Of a stretch of 64,000 nt of DNA, positions 12,697 to 25,400 are shown one piece after another. This stretch comes from Dimorphilus gyrociliatus. Lineage: Eukaryota > Animalia > Annelida. Position numbers and translations under genes: made by a program. The DNA lies in contig CAJFCJ010000003.1 in the NCBI GenBank assembly GCA_904063045.1, forward strand, positions 806,001-870,000, written 5' to 3'. How positions within the stretch are numbered: position 1 is the first letter of the stretch; each line of letters starts with the position of its first letter. The notes below the pieces were generated by a model, which saw only the letters and a list, made by a program, of their open reading frames with translations, did no database searches and had not been told where the DNA came from.

Positions 12697-15600
12697 TGTT
12701 GAAAAAATATACATTAGAAGCGATTACTTTACTTCTTTTTATCTGTCTTTTTAAAGAGACTAAAAGTATTTGCGTGGCGTTTGTATCTTCTATATCGCTC
12801 CGGAAATCGTCTTAATTATTTGCCTTTACGTGCAAATTTTCTACGTAGCAAAAGAAAAAAGCTAACTATATCAAATAAATAGATTCTCTCTGTTTCTTTT
12901 TCTCCATATTCTAAGCATACAAATGTAAGATTTTTAAGATTTCTCTCATATTTTCTTTTCATCTTCTCCATTCATTAGTCATATATAATTAGTAGTTGAT
13001 AATAAAAAATACTAATAATCACCCTCAACAAGGATAATCAATGTTAATCAATTCTAATAATACATTCCAAAAGAGTTGTGCAATAGTGAATTGGAAAGAT
13101 TAGTCAAAGTCACCTTTGTATTTATTAAGAAGAGATGATATGATTATATTTTAAGTTACTTTAAATTGTACAGTTTACTTTTAGCTATATAAGAGAAAGA
13201 AAGCGAAATAGGGAAAAAACATGTAGGGGATGCCTCTCGGAAGAGTTAAAGACGGAAGACGGAAAAAGAGTAGAAGGAAACCAGCACAAAAGTAGAGAGA
13301 AAAGATAAGCGTAAAGAGGTGGTTCAAATTAAAAGAAAAGAAAGAAGCATTAAAAGCGTCTAGAATATAATATAAGAGAGAATTGAGTAAGGGCTGAAAT
13401 TTCAGAACAAACTATGACAATTAATTGAAAAAGCAAGAGGTCCAGGGGTTTTAGATAAATAAAGACTGAATTTAATTTAATATCGCACATATAACTATAA
13501 AACTTAGGCCATCCTATGGTTTGTGTGACGTAAATGACCTATAAATATACATAATATTTTTAAAAACAAACTCGTGTGCCCATAATAAACTTCAAACGTA
13601 AACAACATCTATAGCGGAAATACTGTATATTAACAATTAATTGAATGTCACCTTCATTCACCATTCTGAAGGTTTAGAATGTTTCATATAATGGCACTTG
13701 TTTATTTTTATATTAGTTTTTAATGCACTTTTTTCTTTTTTAAACAATTCTATATATAAAAAAAAACTAATTACTTTTCCGTTCTATTTCTTTTCATTTT
13801 ACTTTAAGTAATAAAAAACAATATTTACGCAGGTGGTCAAGCCTTTTAATACTTATAAATCGGGCAAACATGCATTCCGTACGTCTTTAATTAAGATCTG
13901 CAAAGTCACATTGGGTCTAGTCGGTCGATGCAACTTGTACAAAGGTTATGTCCTACAATCACGAACGACCTCACTAATTAATTAGTGATAAAATAGGAAG
14001 AGCAAGTATAGTTACATTTTACAACCCTTTTTCTCGGAAAGGCCTACGCGACTGCCAACAAACCTTGAGTAAAAGAGAGAATAAAGGTAAATAACGTACC
14101 ATTAGGATGTTGCCTTCTTCTTATAGTAGTAAGAGATCCATATCCACCTTTTGGCAGGGATATTGATCTTGAAGGACACCTTGGAGGTAATTTTGGAGCA
14201 AGCGGCGGAGGCATCTCTAATGGTGGAGGCGGGTTTTTTTTCCTGTTTGACATAACGTTTAACATGGCGGGAGCGCTGAATTTCCTTTCGGCTTCTTTGC
14301 CTGGAGGTGACGTCAAAGTTGAAGCGGTATCGTGATCACTTTCCGAAAGATCTTTAATAGTACTACTAGAATAGAGCGACGTTTCTTCATCCTTCTCGTC
14401 AATTCTATCAACAGTCTCTTCGCTTTTACATTTATTCTTTTTACTTTTACCCGGTTTTCGTAACATGCTAAAAAAGTGGGTGGATTTTTTAGCTGGTTTC
14501 GCATGAGGAGTAGAAAATTCTTGTAGTTCCCCGTCAGGATTAATAGGCAGTACTTGCATAGGGTAATCGGTAGGATTTTGTACACTTTCCGGTGAGATAG
14601 GCGGTGCCATCATCATATATCTGTTAAACGAATTGAAATGTGTATATTTAAAAAGATAGTTAATTACTCTTTCTGCGTCTATAATTCTAGATTTGTATAT
14701 TGTTCATACATATATATAGATACATACTGTATATGTATAATCTAACTATCTCTATTTTCTGTGTCTATCTTTCTTTATATCAAACTATCTATCTTTCTAT
14801 CTATCCTCACTTTCAGAGTGTTTGCAAGACACCATTTCTCAACTATTTACTTCTTTTAAACTACGTAAATTATTTAATAAATAATGTTTTGTGTCTGAAA
14901 ACTATTCCAATCACAACCTAATTAATACTGAAAATTACTCTAAAGGGATGATATAGAATGATAATTTTGCATTAGTATTCATCTTTAAAGACTTTGTTCT
15001 AATAATAGACTTAGGTTATTTGCTATAAATAATAAGACCTGCTATAAGGACAAATCTCAACATCTACCTGTTATCTGGTGAAGATTCCCTTTCTCTCTCC
15101 GGCTTCATGAGCAAATAACCATCGGACGAGGATACTGATTGACTTCGAGGGGCAGTACTTGCGGGGCAAATCATATAACCGTCCTTAACATTTGGATTCA
15201 TAATCATATAATCATTTGGAACGAAATAGCTGTCAACGGCGTTATTTACAGGTTCTCTTCCATTGCGTTTCCGTCGAGCAGGTGAAACCGAAAGGGTTTC
15301 AGAAACGCTAGGTATGGACGTCGAATTTCCTGAGTCTAGTGACGAGCATTTAGAATGAATACCATCAGTTTCATCTGTCATTTCAGGTAGAGAATGAGAT
15401 ATTGGCGAAAGAGTTTTTACTGGAAGAGAACTTGGATGTTTACCATTATTACCACTTCCACAATCACTACGTTCTTCGCTGCTGCTATCAATGTTTATGT
15501 ATTGATTGGCGCTTTCAATGCCTGTTTTGATATGAAAAAGAATAAAAGTAGAAATAGTCTAAGAATGGATGTGATACAATCTTAAAATATAATGTCCATA

Positions 15601-15842
15601 TTCCTAAACAATCCTTTTCAATTTTATAACCAATACATATACCTTCAATTACAATAAACAGAATAATATTTCCTTTAGCTATCATCTTGCAAAGAAAAGA
15701 CTAGAGAAAGAAGATATAAAGATTCCTAGTATTATACTACTCGACGGAACAAGCTATTCTATTAAATTCAATAAAAATTATGACAATTACCAAGAATAGG
15801 TAAAAGAGGTTGGAAAGTGGAGTATATTTTATACGTATATTA

Positions 15843-15873
<31 letters not shown>

Positions 15874-16418
15874 TAATATAAACAGGAAATGTGTAAAATT
15901 TACAAGACCAAATATGCTTATGAGCATAAAATAAACTCAATAAAAAAAAACAGACCAAAAATACTGTTTAGTTTATTTGGCATGACGTCAACAAGACTAT
16001 TGTATTGCTGAGGAAATAGTAGATTTGTCAAAACCCGTTAATATTAATATGCATTATGTATTTTTAGATAAGCCTGAATAAGTAAAAGAATAAAGAGTGA
16101 CTAAAGGAGGACTTTCCCTGTAAACAAATATATAGTATGTTGTTATAAATAAATAAAAAAAAGTGAATATTCTTATAATATCTTTATTTTAAAGAAGAGG
16201 AAGGAGAAGAATAAGAAGAAGAAGAAGAAGAGAGGAAAGAAGAAGAAATAATGATTTTTATATTATTATACATTTGAGAGCTTGTAAATAAGCTTGTAAG
16301 TGTAAATTATATATATACTTTATACTATTTAGAGTATGTCTAAGACACGAAATACAAAACGATAAAATTTCCAATAATATTAAATAAATGTAAAAAATAA
16401 TTATATATATACTGTATA

Positions 16419-16467
<49 letters not shown>

Positions 16468-19400
16468 ATGCTATTTTCATCTCTATTTATCGTTTTTAAG
16501 TACAAAATCATACGTGGTATATAATTATTTCTCTCACCTTTAAATGATGACAAGACGGAGAAAAGAAGTGAGAAAATTTAATAAATTACGAAATATATAA
16601 TAAATGTTATGTTATGTTATCTTTGAAATAATGATTAACTCAGCATTGAATAGTGAATCAGCAACAAAAAATAAAATATGCACTAACGCTCTTTCGTATT
16701 TAGTTTTATTAGTAGCAAATTGATAAAAATGTATTCATGTATAATTTTTAAATCTACTATTTCGGGATTTATGGATATATTGTTTCTCTATTTTCTTCAT
16801 TGCCTAAGGTCTACGTAAAACAGTGTTTACCTAAATTTGTTGTTTCAAATAAATTGATAATTTAACGATAGAGGGCGAAAAGGCGTTTGAATATTTTGGA
16901 ATTTGATTATATTACTACCCCCTAACCTAATTTCAATTTTTGCCTCTAGATTTTTTACAAGAGGTGAATGAAATGAAAAGAGAGGCACACTTACCGGAAT
17001 CACTTGGTGTCCTAGAGATGGCGCTAGCTGAAGATATTATTTTATTGATATCTTTAACGTTGAAATTCTCGCTATCTCCGCATTTCTTCAGCCATTCAAC
17101 AACATCGCCACATACGTTCTCGTAGCACTTAGTTTTAGGGCAATAAGTTTCTAATTGTTCACAAGTTAAAGGCACATTCTGATAAACACTTTTCTTGACA
17201 CGAGGGGAAGCGGTTGGAACTGGCGGAGCAGGTCTTCGCTTTAACTTACTCCTGCTGGTATATTCTACAAGAGGTAGAGGTTTATTAGGTTGACTTTTAA
17301 GAATGCGATGGAGATCTGGTAAAGATTTGGGTTTAAAATTATTTTCCTTGTTGTCTGTTGAGACCAATGGTTCGGAAAAGCACGCTTTAGAGTAAATAGG
17401 AGATGCTTCGTAAGCGAAGGGTAAACGTTTATCTATCCTAAAACGATCGAGACCTTCGTCACTTCTTACTATCTTTTGCCTCATCCATGTTGATATAGAT
17501 TTCTTTTTCAAACTTTTCATTTTGGATACAGTTTGTTCAATAGTACTCGAATGAAGGGAACTGCGTCTACTTGATTTCGTTTCATCAATTGAACTAACAC
17601 TCTGATCAAAACCCTTTTTCGAGTTCTTCTTTTTAGGCAATGGTAAAGTCTTAGAGAGGGCATGCATAAGTCTTGGTGACATGTCGGACGATGGTTCAAG
17701 TTCTTCTCCTAAAAAATAATGAGTTGTATCGTCTGAAAAACTTCGATGGTGTACTGGAACGCTTTCCGAATCCGAATCAATCGTAAAATGAGAAGAAGTT
17801 TTTGGCGATGACGTACGAAATCCTCCAGTTTCCTTCTCAGAACATTCCAAAACACTTTCCAGCTGAACAGACAGATAATCCACGTCAGCGTGTACTTCGA
17901 GATCGTATTCAGAACTTAATTCAGCCGGTCTGTCCGATTGACGAAACGAAACGGTAGGACCTATCGGCAGTAAAAAGAGAAATTATGGTATTTCTTCCAA
18001 GTAAATAGAGCGAAACGAAGAAATTACAAAATAATTTCTCTGGGCCTATAAAACCTATATCTTGAGGTGTTTTTTATCAATGATATTATACTAGCAAGTA
18101 CAAAAACACATACTTCTAGCTTTTATATACAATTCCACTTGCTATTCTACACAGTAAAGTAAATAATAAAAAATAAACAAAATATTTTACAAACCGAAAG
18201 AATAACGACTGTTTTGCTCAGGTAGGGAGCACGCAGAAGGCGAAATAGGTGTGGGTGGCGGTGAATTGAGCGTTGGCGAAGAGACGTTGAAAGAACGGTG
18301 TCGACGATTGTTGGAAACCTGCCGGCTATTTCCTGTAAAAAACAAGTACGTAAATTAGTAGTCGATTCATAAAATGGCAATAGAGAAAAGAAGCGCGTGT
18401 CAACTGGTCGAGCGACAACAGGCATCCCGCTGACCTGCTACCTTTTTTTCTTAATTATTCTTTATTCCTTTTCGTTGACGGGACAAGTTGATATTTAATT
18501 AAAAGAGAAACTTACTCTTCGTACTCGGAAACCGCCTTTGGCAATGGACCTTTCCTTCGATAACTTGAGTGAAATATGACGTAATTCGTGATGCGTCGTT
18601 TGTTGAAAGTTGAAAGATAGCTTCGCCTGTTAAAAAAATAGTTTATATAAAATAATTACTATATCAATGAATATTCATTATTTTCCGCAATCGTTATTAA
18701 AGTTATACAAAAAAAGTATAGTATTAAAGTAGAAAACAGCCAAGTACGATCAACAGGAACTACTTATCTTATATAATGTTCAAACTCCTTTTAGTATTAC
18801 GTAATTTTGGCTACTTGTTTTAATAGGTTTATTGAAAATAGCGTTAAAAACAATACTTACCGATCGAACACCTGGATCCTGTATGAAAGACGAAATAATC
18901 ACCGTGCGGAGAAGGAACACCAAAGCGTCTTATTTGCGAAAGTTTAAATTGTCCAAGTAATGTGGCTGGTTGGTGGACGGTTGTCAATGCAAATTTATCT
19001 CCGTTTATATACAATTTAACTGAGATATTTATTGGAATCTTTTTTAACGATTGAGTTAAAATGGAGGAAGACGTCGGTTTTACGTTGACTAGTTTAAGGT
19101 TACTAAAACTTTTTTCTATTTTTTTGTTTTTTAAAAAAAAAAACACATTAAACGTAAATCATATAAAATAAATTGTATAATTAATATATTACTAACCAGC
19201 TCCTAAATTACTTCTGATTGAAACTTGCCACTGTATAAGAATTTCGGCATTTGGGAAAGCAAGTAAAATTGCTTCTTTCCTATTGCCGCAAATAATTGCA
19301 ATGACGTTTGCTTCTTTGTCCAATTCAAATCCCGAATCGAGACCAAAGAAGTCAACCAACAAATAAACTTCTTCTTCTTTCGCTATACAATTGCTGTCTC

Positions 19401-22400
19401 CTTGTTTTTTGTATCGATATAATAATAGTTGATCTGTACCGAGATATAAAAATCAAGTTATATGAAAACTTCTTTACAATTAGATTGCACTCTTCAAAAC
19501 AGGTACTTCCTATTCAAATACATAGGCCCATACTTGAAAATGTATGACTGTTTACTTTTGTTACATCTTCCCTATACATTTGCGAAGGTTAAAGGAAGTA
19601 GGGGAATAGGGGTAGAGTGAGAATGGGAATGAGAAAAACAGTAAAGAACCGGAGAAAAGCACATGTACAAGGTCGAACAAAATGATACTTCTTTATAAAT
19701 GAGTGAAAAATAGAAAAATAGAAAAATATCAATTTTAATACCTAACTGACAATTACTTTCACTTCACTGTTTAAAATACAAAAGACGAATGAACAGGCTT
19801 CAAGATCACCTTACCGAATAATAGAAACGATAGCCTTGAATCTTTTTTTTTTTCTGTTACTCAAAAGATAAGAATCTCAATCTCGGTTATCTACTTAAAA
19901 TGTCATTGATCCAAAACTCCAAAAAATGATAAATTATACGTTTCTCTTTCTACGATAAGAATAAGTCTACATTGGAAGGAAGAAATGACGTAAAAAGAAA
20001 ACAAAAAAATTAAGGAATATCATAAACTTTAAACTATAATGAAACAGTTTTATTATCTCTCAAATTATTAAAATTAGTTATTATGTAAAATACTATTTAC
20101 ATAGGCCTATAGTTTTATTTTCTTCCCTCTTTCCAGAAACAGAAAGAGGATTGATGAACAATTTTATAGAGGACAGTTTTAATTTAGCTTTCATTCAACC
20201 CAATGAACGTAGTTGAAAGTAATTATAGACCGGTACGACCGGTATTTGTCAATTATAAACGGCAGCCTTGTGACATAATTCAAGTCAAAGCTAAATACTG
20301 CACAAAGTCCCTCTAATTGCTTCTAAGTCGAGCATTCCGTTTTATTAATTATGGCGTAACCTTAATCGCTTCCAATTAACGAATTTTGGTTGAATAGTCG
20401 GAAAGTTTCGTGAGAAACCTATAATTATAACATCAAAAAGTCTCTATTCATAACACCACATAGAAAGATAACGGATTGCGATAAGGATGAAAAATGGTAA
20501 AGAAAAATAAAAGAGTAATTATGAACAATTTTATAAAACCTACTTCTCGAATCTCATAATATACTTATCGGCTGATAAGGCAGGCACGTTTTAAAAAAAA
20601 TGACAAAAGAAAAGAGGGAGAGAAAGCTAAGTAAACTACTCTTAAATATCATTCTACTGAAGAGTAGCGAAATACTTAAACACACGCGTTGCATTTAAAA
20701 ACTAATTTATCACATCCCTACCTCCACAAACGGGAAATTGAACGATTTTCAATTGATAGTCTTTAAATTTTTTACGAATTCCTTATTTAAGAGAAAATTT
20801 CGTATCGGTTTCTTGTGTTTTGGCGGAGGATAAGGCAAAATAGTTGGGGGCCAGAGAGGGGAGGGACTGAGGGTTTTTATAGGGAAAGTTTAATCTGTCT
20901 AATCATTAATTAAAGCTTGCGCTACGATCCGTAAGGGATAATGAGCTTAGACCATAAACAATTAATACAGCGTTTGAGATCAAAGAACACCTTTTCCGAT
21001 TAAAATACTTTTTATTCATCATTTTTTCCGAACGCTTAAGCCCTACTTGAACTTTGCTTGAACAGTTTTACAATTGAACGGATCGAGATGCTCCAAAGCG
21101 TCTTCAATAACTGTATTAAACTAGAGAATTTACGAATGACCAGTTGAAAACAATCTTTTACTTGAACCATAAAATATGTTCTTTTCTCACCCATATTCCC
21201 TTGGGGTAGTATTCAAGACTAATAACTTAGCTGTTATAAAGAAAAGAGATCCGATATAAACCTGTCTAAGATTTCACAATGATTGTTTTCTTGATTATTT
21301 CATTGTCACCCTGATTTTATCATTTAATAAAAAAAAAATAATTTAAAAAAAAAAGAAGCAAGTTGCAAAATTTCGCTTTTCTTCTCTTTTTATTTATTAT
21401 TGAATTAACCTAGTTTACAAAATAACGCACCGAGATATATATATGTCAATAAAGAGACAATATATTCATATTTAAGTATAAAATATTATATTAATAGATA
21501 ATTCCTTCCTTTGAAAAATAGAAACAATTTGCATAACCTTAAAAAAGTGTATGTAAAGTTTCTAATTTTTAGTTCTTTTCTTTAAAATCGTGCAAGTTCA
21601 CATACACTGGAATATTTGTTAAGCACTAGTTGAACAATAAATATATTTTTTCTCGTAAAATACGTCGTCTGTTCTGTCAATCACTTTCCCCCTATTTCTT
21701 TTTCTCCCTCTCCACCTTTCCAACATTTACATTCCACCCTTTTTTTTATTGTGTTCAAAAAAAAGTAACCGAGTTTTCTTGTTTGATTAATAAGATAAAT
21801 AAGAGGGAGTAGGGGAAAGGATAAAACGGAGAGAGAATTATAATGGCTAAGATGTGTAAAGTATAGCATGAGGATAGTCCTTCTAAGACTTTCATCTATT
21901 CTCTTTTTTCAATTCTTTTTTTAACTAAGGCGAAGACCTTTTAAAACTATGTACTTGAACTTTGCAAATCTTCTTTCATCAGAAGTAGGTAGGTCACCCA
22001 TTTATATAAAAATATATGTTGTGCAAAAGGAACAAATAGAATGTAGAGAAAATATTTCAGATCGTAGGAGGCCTTTTCTTTCCTACGCTTGCGTCTAGGT
22101 TGCCGATAATCAACGAACCATCAAAAAATAAACGCCTTCAGGGTGTAGAAAATCGAAAACGCATAATAATAAGCCCATTGTCGTCAGTCAGTGTCAACTA
22201 TACGCCAAATTACTTCATGCATATACAATTCGAAAAAAAAATCCACCCATCGGCTATTTAGACCTAAACAATTCTCCAATTAAAAATGCATTTTTCTTAG
22301 TAAACCGTGTTGACAAGTTGTAAAAATGTAGAAACAATTTTAGGGTCGGAAAACGATGGGTAGTCATCTTGATTCTTATCTCTAGACGCTAAAAGAAATT

Positions 22401-25400
22401 TTTCCGTTGAGGCCTATAAACACCTTTTAACCCTTGTCCCTTGTGATAACTACAGGAGTTCTAACGGGCCTACACATACAACACTCCTCTCCCCTATGTT
22501 TATAGGCGTTAACTAGCGGGGAAACAGAGAATTTCACATCTAACTGCGAAAACGACCTAACGTAACGCCTCATCAGTTGTATGTAGAAAGGATGAAAGGG
22601 ACGCCGACAAGTCGGAGTTCAACCTTTAACGCGGCCTATAAGGTATTAAATTTTTTTTAATTCTATTACAAGCTTTTTTGAAAAAATAAAAAAGGAACGA
22701 CCGTTAAATCGTCCAGGCCAGACTTTGGAATAGAAAATTTAACTAGATAAACAAAGTTTTAAAGATAAAGAGAATTGAGCGTTAAGCCTTTATCCAAAAA
22801 AAATAAACCACACTGATAGAGGATACATTTACAAGTTTATAAATATTCAAAATAACAAGATTCAATTCATGCGTCTTCTAATATAAAATGACTACGAGAT
22901 GATAATTTCCAACTATTTGGTGTAATTAATGCCAAAGTTCAACCGAGTATGAAAATTAATGTTTATATATATGCCATCATATACATATATATATAATAAA
23001 TAAATAATACAATTCATATTGAACAACTGACTTTTTTTAAAGATAAAAGTAGACTGCTAATCGCTGTTTAAATAGATTCAAACAATTATCCTAGTTAAGT
23101 ACATATTTGAATAATATATATATATATATATATACATAAATGGAAGAACAGGAAAAAATTTATAGTCCTATTTATATATATATATATCCATTATGTGACA
23201 TCAACAATAAATAATAACCTAACCTCTTTCTTTCCGTTAATCGACTGGTTCAAACAATAAATCACAAAATGAGAAAAAGAGTAAAGTATGAAAAAAATTT
23301 CAATTGAATTTTACTCTGCTTCATTCAATTTCGGAATAGGAAATGAAGTAGAAATCCGGGAGGCGACACTATGCGAAACAAGTCAAAACAACGCAAGTGC
23401 ATTTGGACGTCTAGAACGACCTAAAAAGCATCCTTCAAAACGTTTTTTTCCCGTTGTATTTAAATTGAACAGGGATTGGCTAAAATCTTTTCCATTCATT
23501 TTTATTGTTTTTTTAGAAAGGATAAATATATAGGATAAAGGTTACATTCAATCTTAAAGAGGATGGTATAATTACATTTAATTAATTAATTCTTAACTTT
23601 AAAAGATATTAAAAGCCGATAGTTTTCTTTGAAAAAGAACGCTTCTCTTTTTTCCTTAGCTTTACTTTTAAACAAAAGGTTAGTTGTATGCAATTTTTTG
23701 TCGCTCCTCTTTTTATTAGTTTTGCACAACCGTATGCGTAATTTCATTATGATAGTGTTTACAACTATTTGCGTGTGTAAACAAGAAAATTATCTTCTCT
23801 CTCCTTCTCGCTTTAATACTCTTTACTAAAACTAATTTTTTTTTCAAAAACCAGTTCAAACATTTACCCTACAAATAAAAGCGTCTAAAACGTCCACTCT
23901 ACAAAATCCGTCACTTAATCTTGTGTATACAATACATTTAACCATGGTGAGAAAATGTTTTTCAAGTATATTTTAATAGTAAAATACGTTTAAAGTGGAT
24001 CAAAAGAGAAGGAAGTATAAGAAAGCAGAATGAATCAATTAAATGATAATTATTAATAAAAGCCATTCAGCATAACGTCAACAAGACAATATTTTAATGG
24101 CCATTTAGGGAAATTATACTATGTTTGACGGGGTTTTATTATATTTAAGAGAGAGGAAGAGAGAGTAGAGTAGAGGAAAGCGCATTGGCTATTCATCGGG
24201 TTTTTATTTAAAATTTTGATAAATACATAATTTCAACTTTTCTTTTTTCAGCCTTTTTCAAGTTCCGTATCAATATTATATAGCTTTTCTTGCTATGTGT
24301 GTTTCTCCTTCCTCCTTCTTTTTTTCTTTCTCTCCCCCTCCTCTCTCTCTCTCTCTCTCTCTTTTCTTTCTATCTTTGTTTACATGTTTTGGCAAGTATT
24401 ATACGCCATTCTAATATTTTGTATATATATATATATATATTAATATTTTTTTCACAGTCTGTTAAAACAAATAAATAGACTTTAATTTGAAAATAAGAAT
24501 TCTTATTCAGCTAAATAATTTTCTTATCAAAATTTTGAATTATTTCGTTGAAAGCCACTCGGTGCAGCTCTATATATAAATAAAGGTCATAAATTACTCT
24601 TAACGTATCAGACAGAAATACAGGAAAAGTATAGTTGTTAAACAGGTTCACTGAGTCTATGAACAAACGTTTCCATGATTCCTAGATATCTGGGTCAGAT
24701 GTTAATACAAACACGTTAACTACTTAGGATGTATCATAGCCTCTTTTCGCACTTTCAGTCTATAACTCACAAACAACTCTTATGAGTAAGAGAACACCCG
24801 TAAGGAGGTTTTCGAAAGCGCCATCTACTGGAACCTTATAAAGATATTGTTTAAATCCACAGTCATATTAGGTAGAGCAAAATCGATGATTAAGCCACAA
24901 AAAATCAGACAGAACGAAGAAATAAGGGGAATAGCAGTTAGAAATCATAAAGGACTGTAAAGGAATTTTTGATTATAAATCAAAAATATCTGAAATATTT
25001 CAAGAATACTATTAATAACTTTTCAAAATAAAATTTAATATTAATGCCTTAGTCACAAAAAAACTCCACGACAAAAGTAAACATTGAATAATTCATTATT
25101 ATTATGAAAATTTAAAACTAAAATGCTGATAAAAACTAAACATAGAAAATGAGAGAGAGATAAATTTGACCTTTAAACATTAAAAGAATAAGAAATAAGA
25201 AGAGAGGAGAAGAAGTAAAAAAAAAACGACTAAATATAATTAAAGAAAAAAAATGACAGTTTTAAAAATAGAAAACAATTGAATTTATTTTTTATTTGTT
25301 TTTATGTTTGTTTTTTATGTTTGGACTTTAATTTCATGTAGAAATCTTGATTTTTTACTTTTAAAATATACTATTTCAATAGTAAACTATAAACATAACC

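Noticed and set aside
5900-13900. Many 60-117 aa F/L/I/Y-rich ORFs that look like membrane proteins
   Set aside because: They are translations of AT-rich, poly-T and microsatellite DNA (YIYIYI, ERERER), often with TTG/GTG starts and no splice logic or domain. The same holds for most short ORFs at 21-27, 38-40, 45-47 and 51-58 kb.
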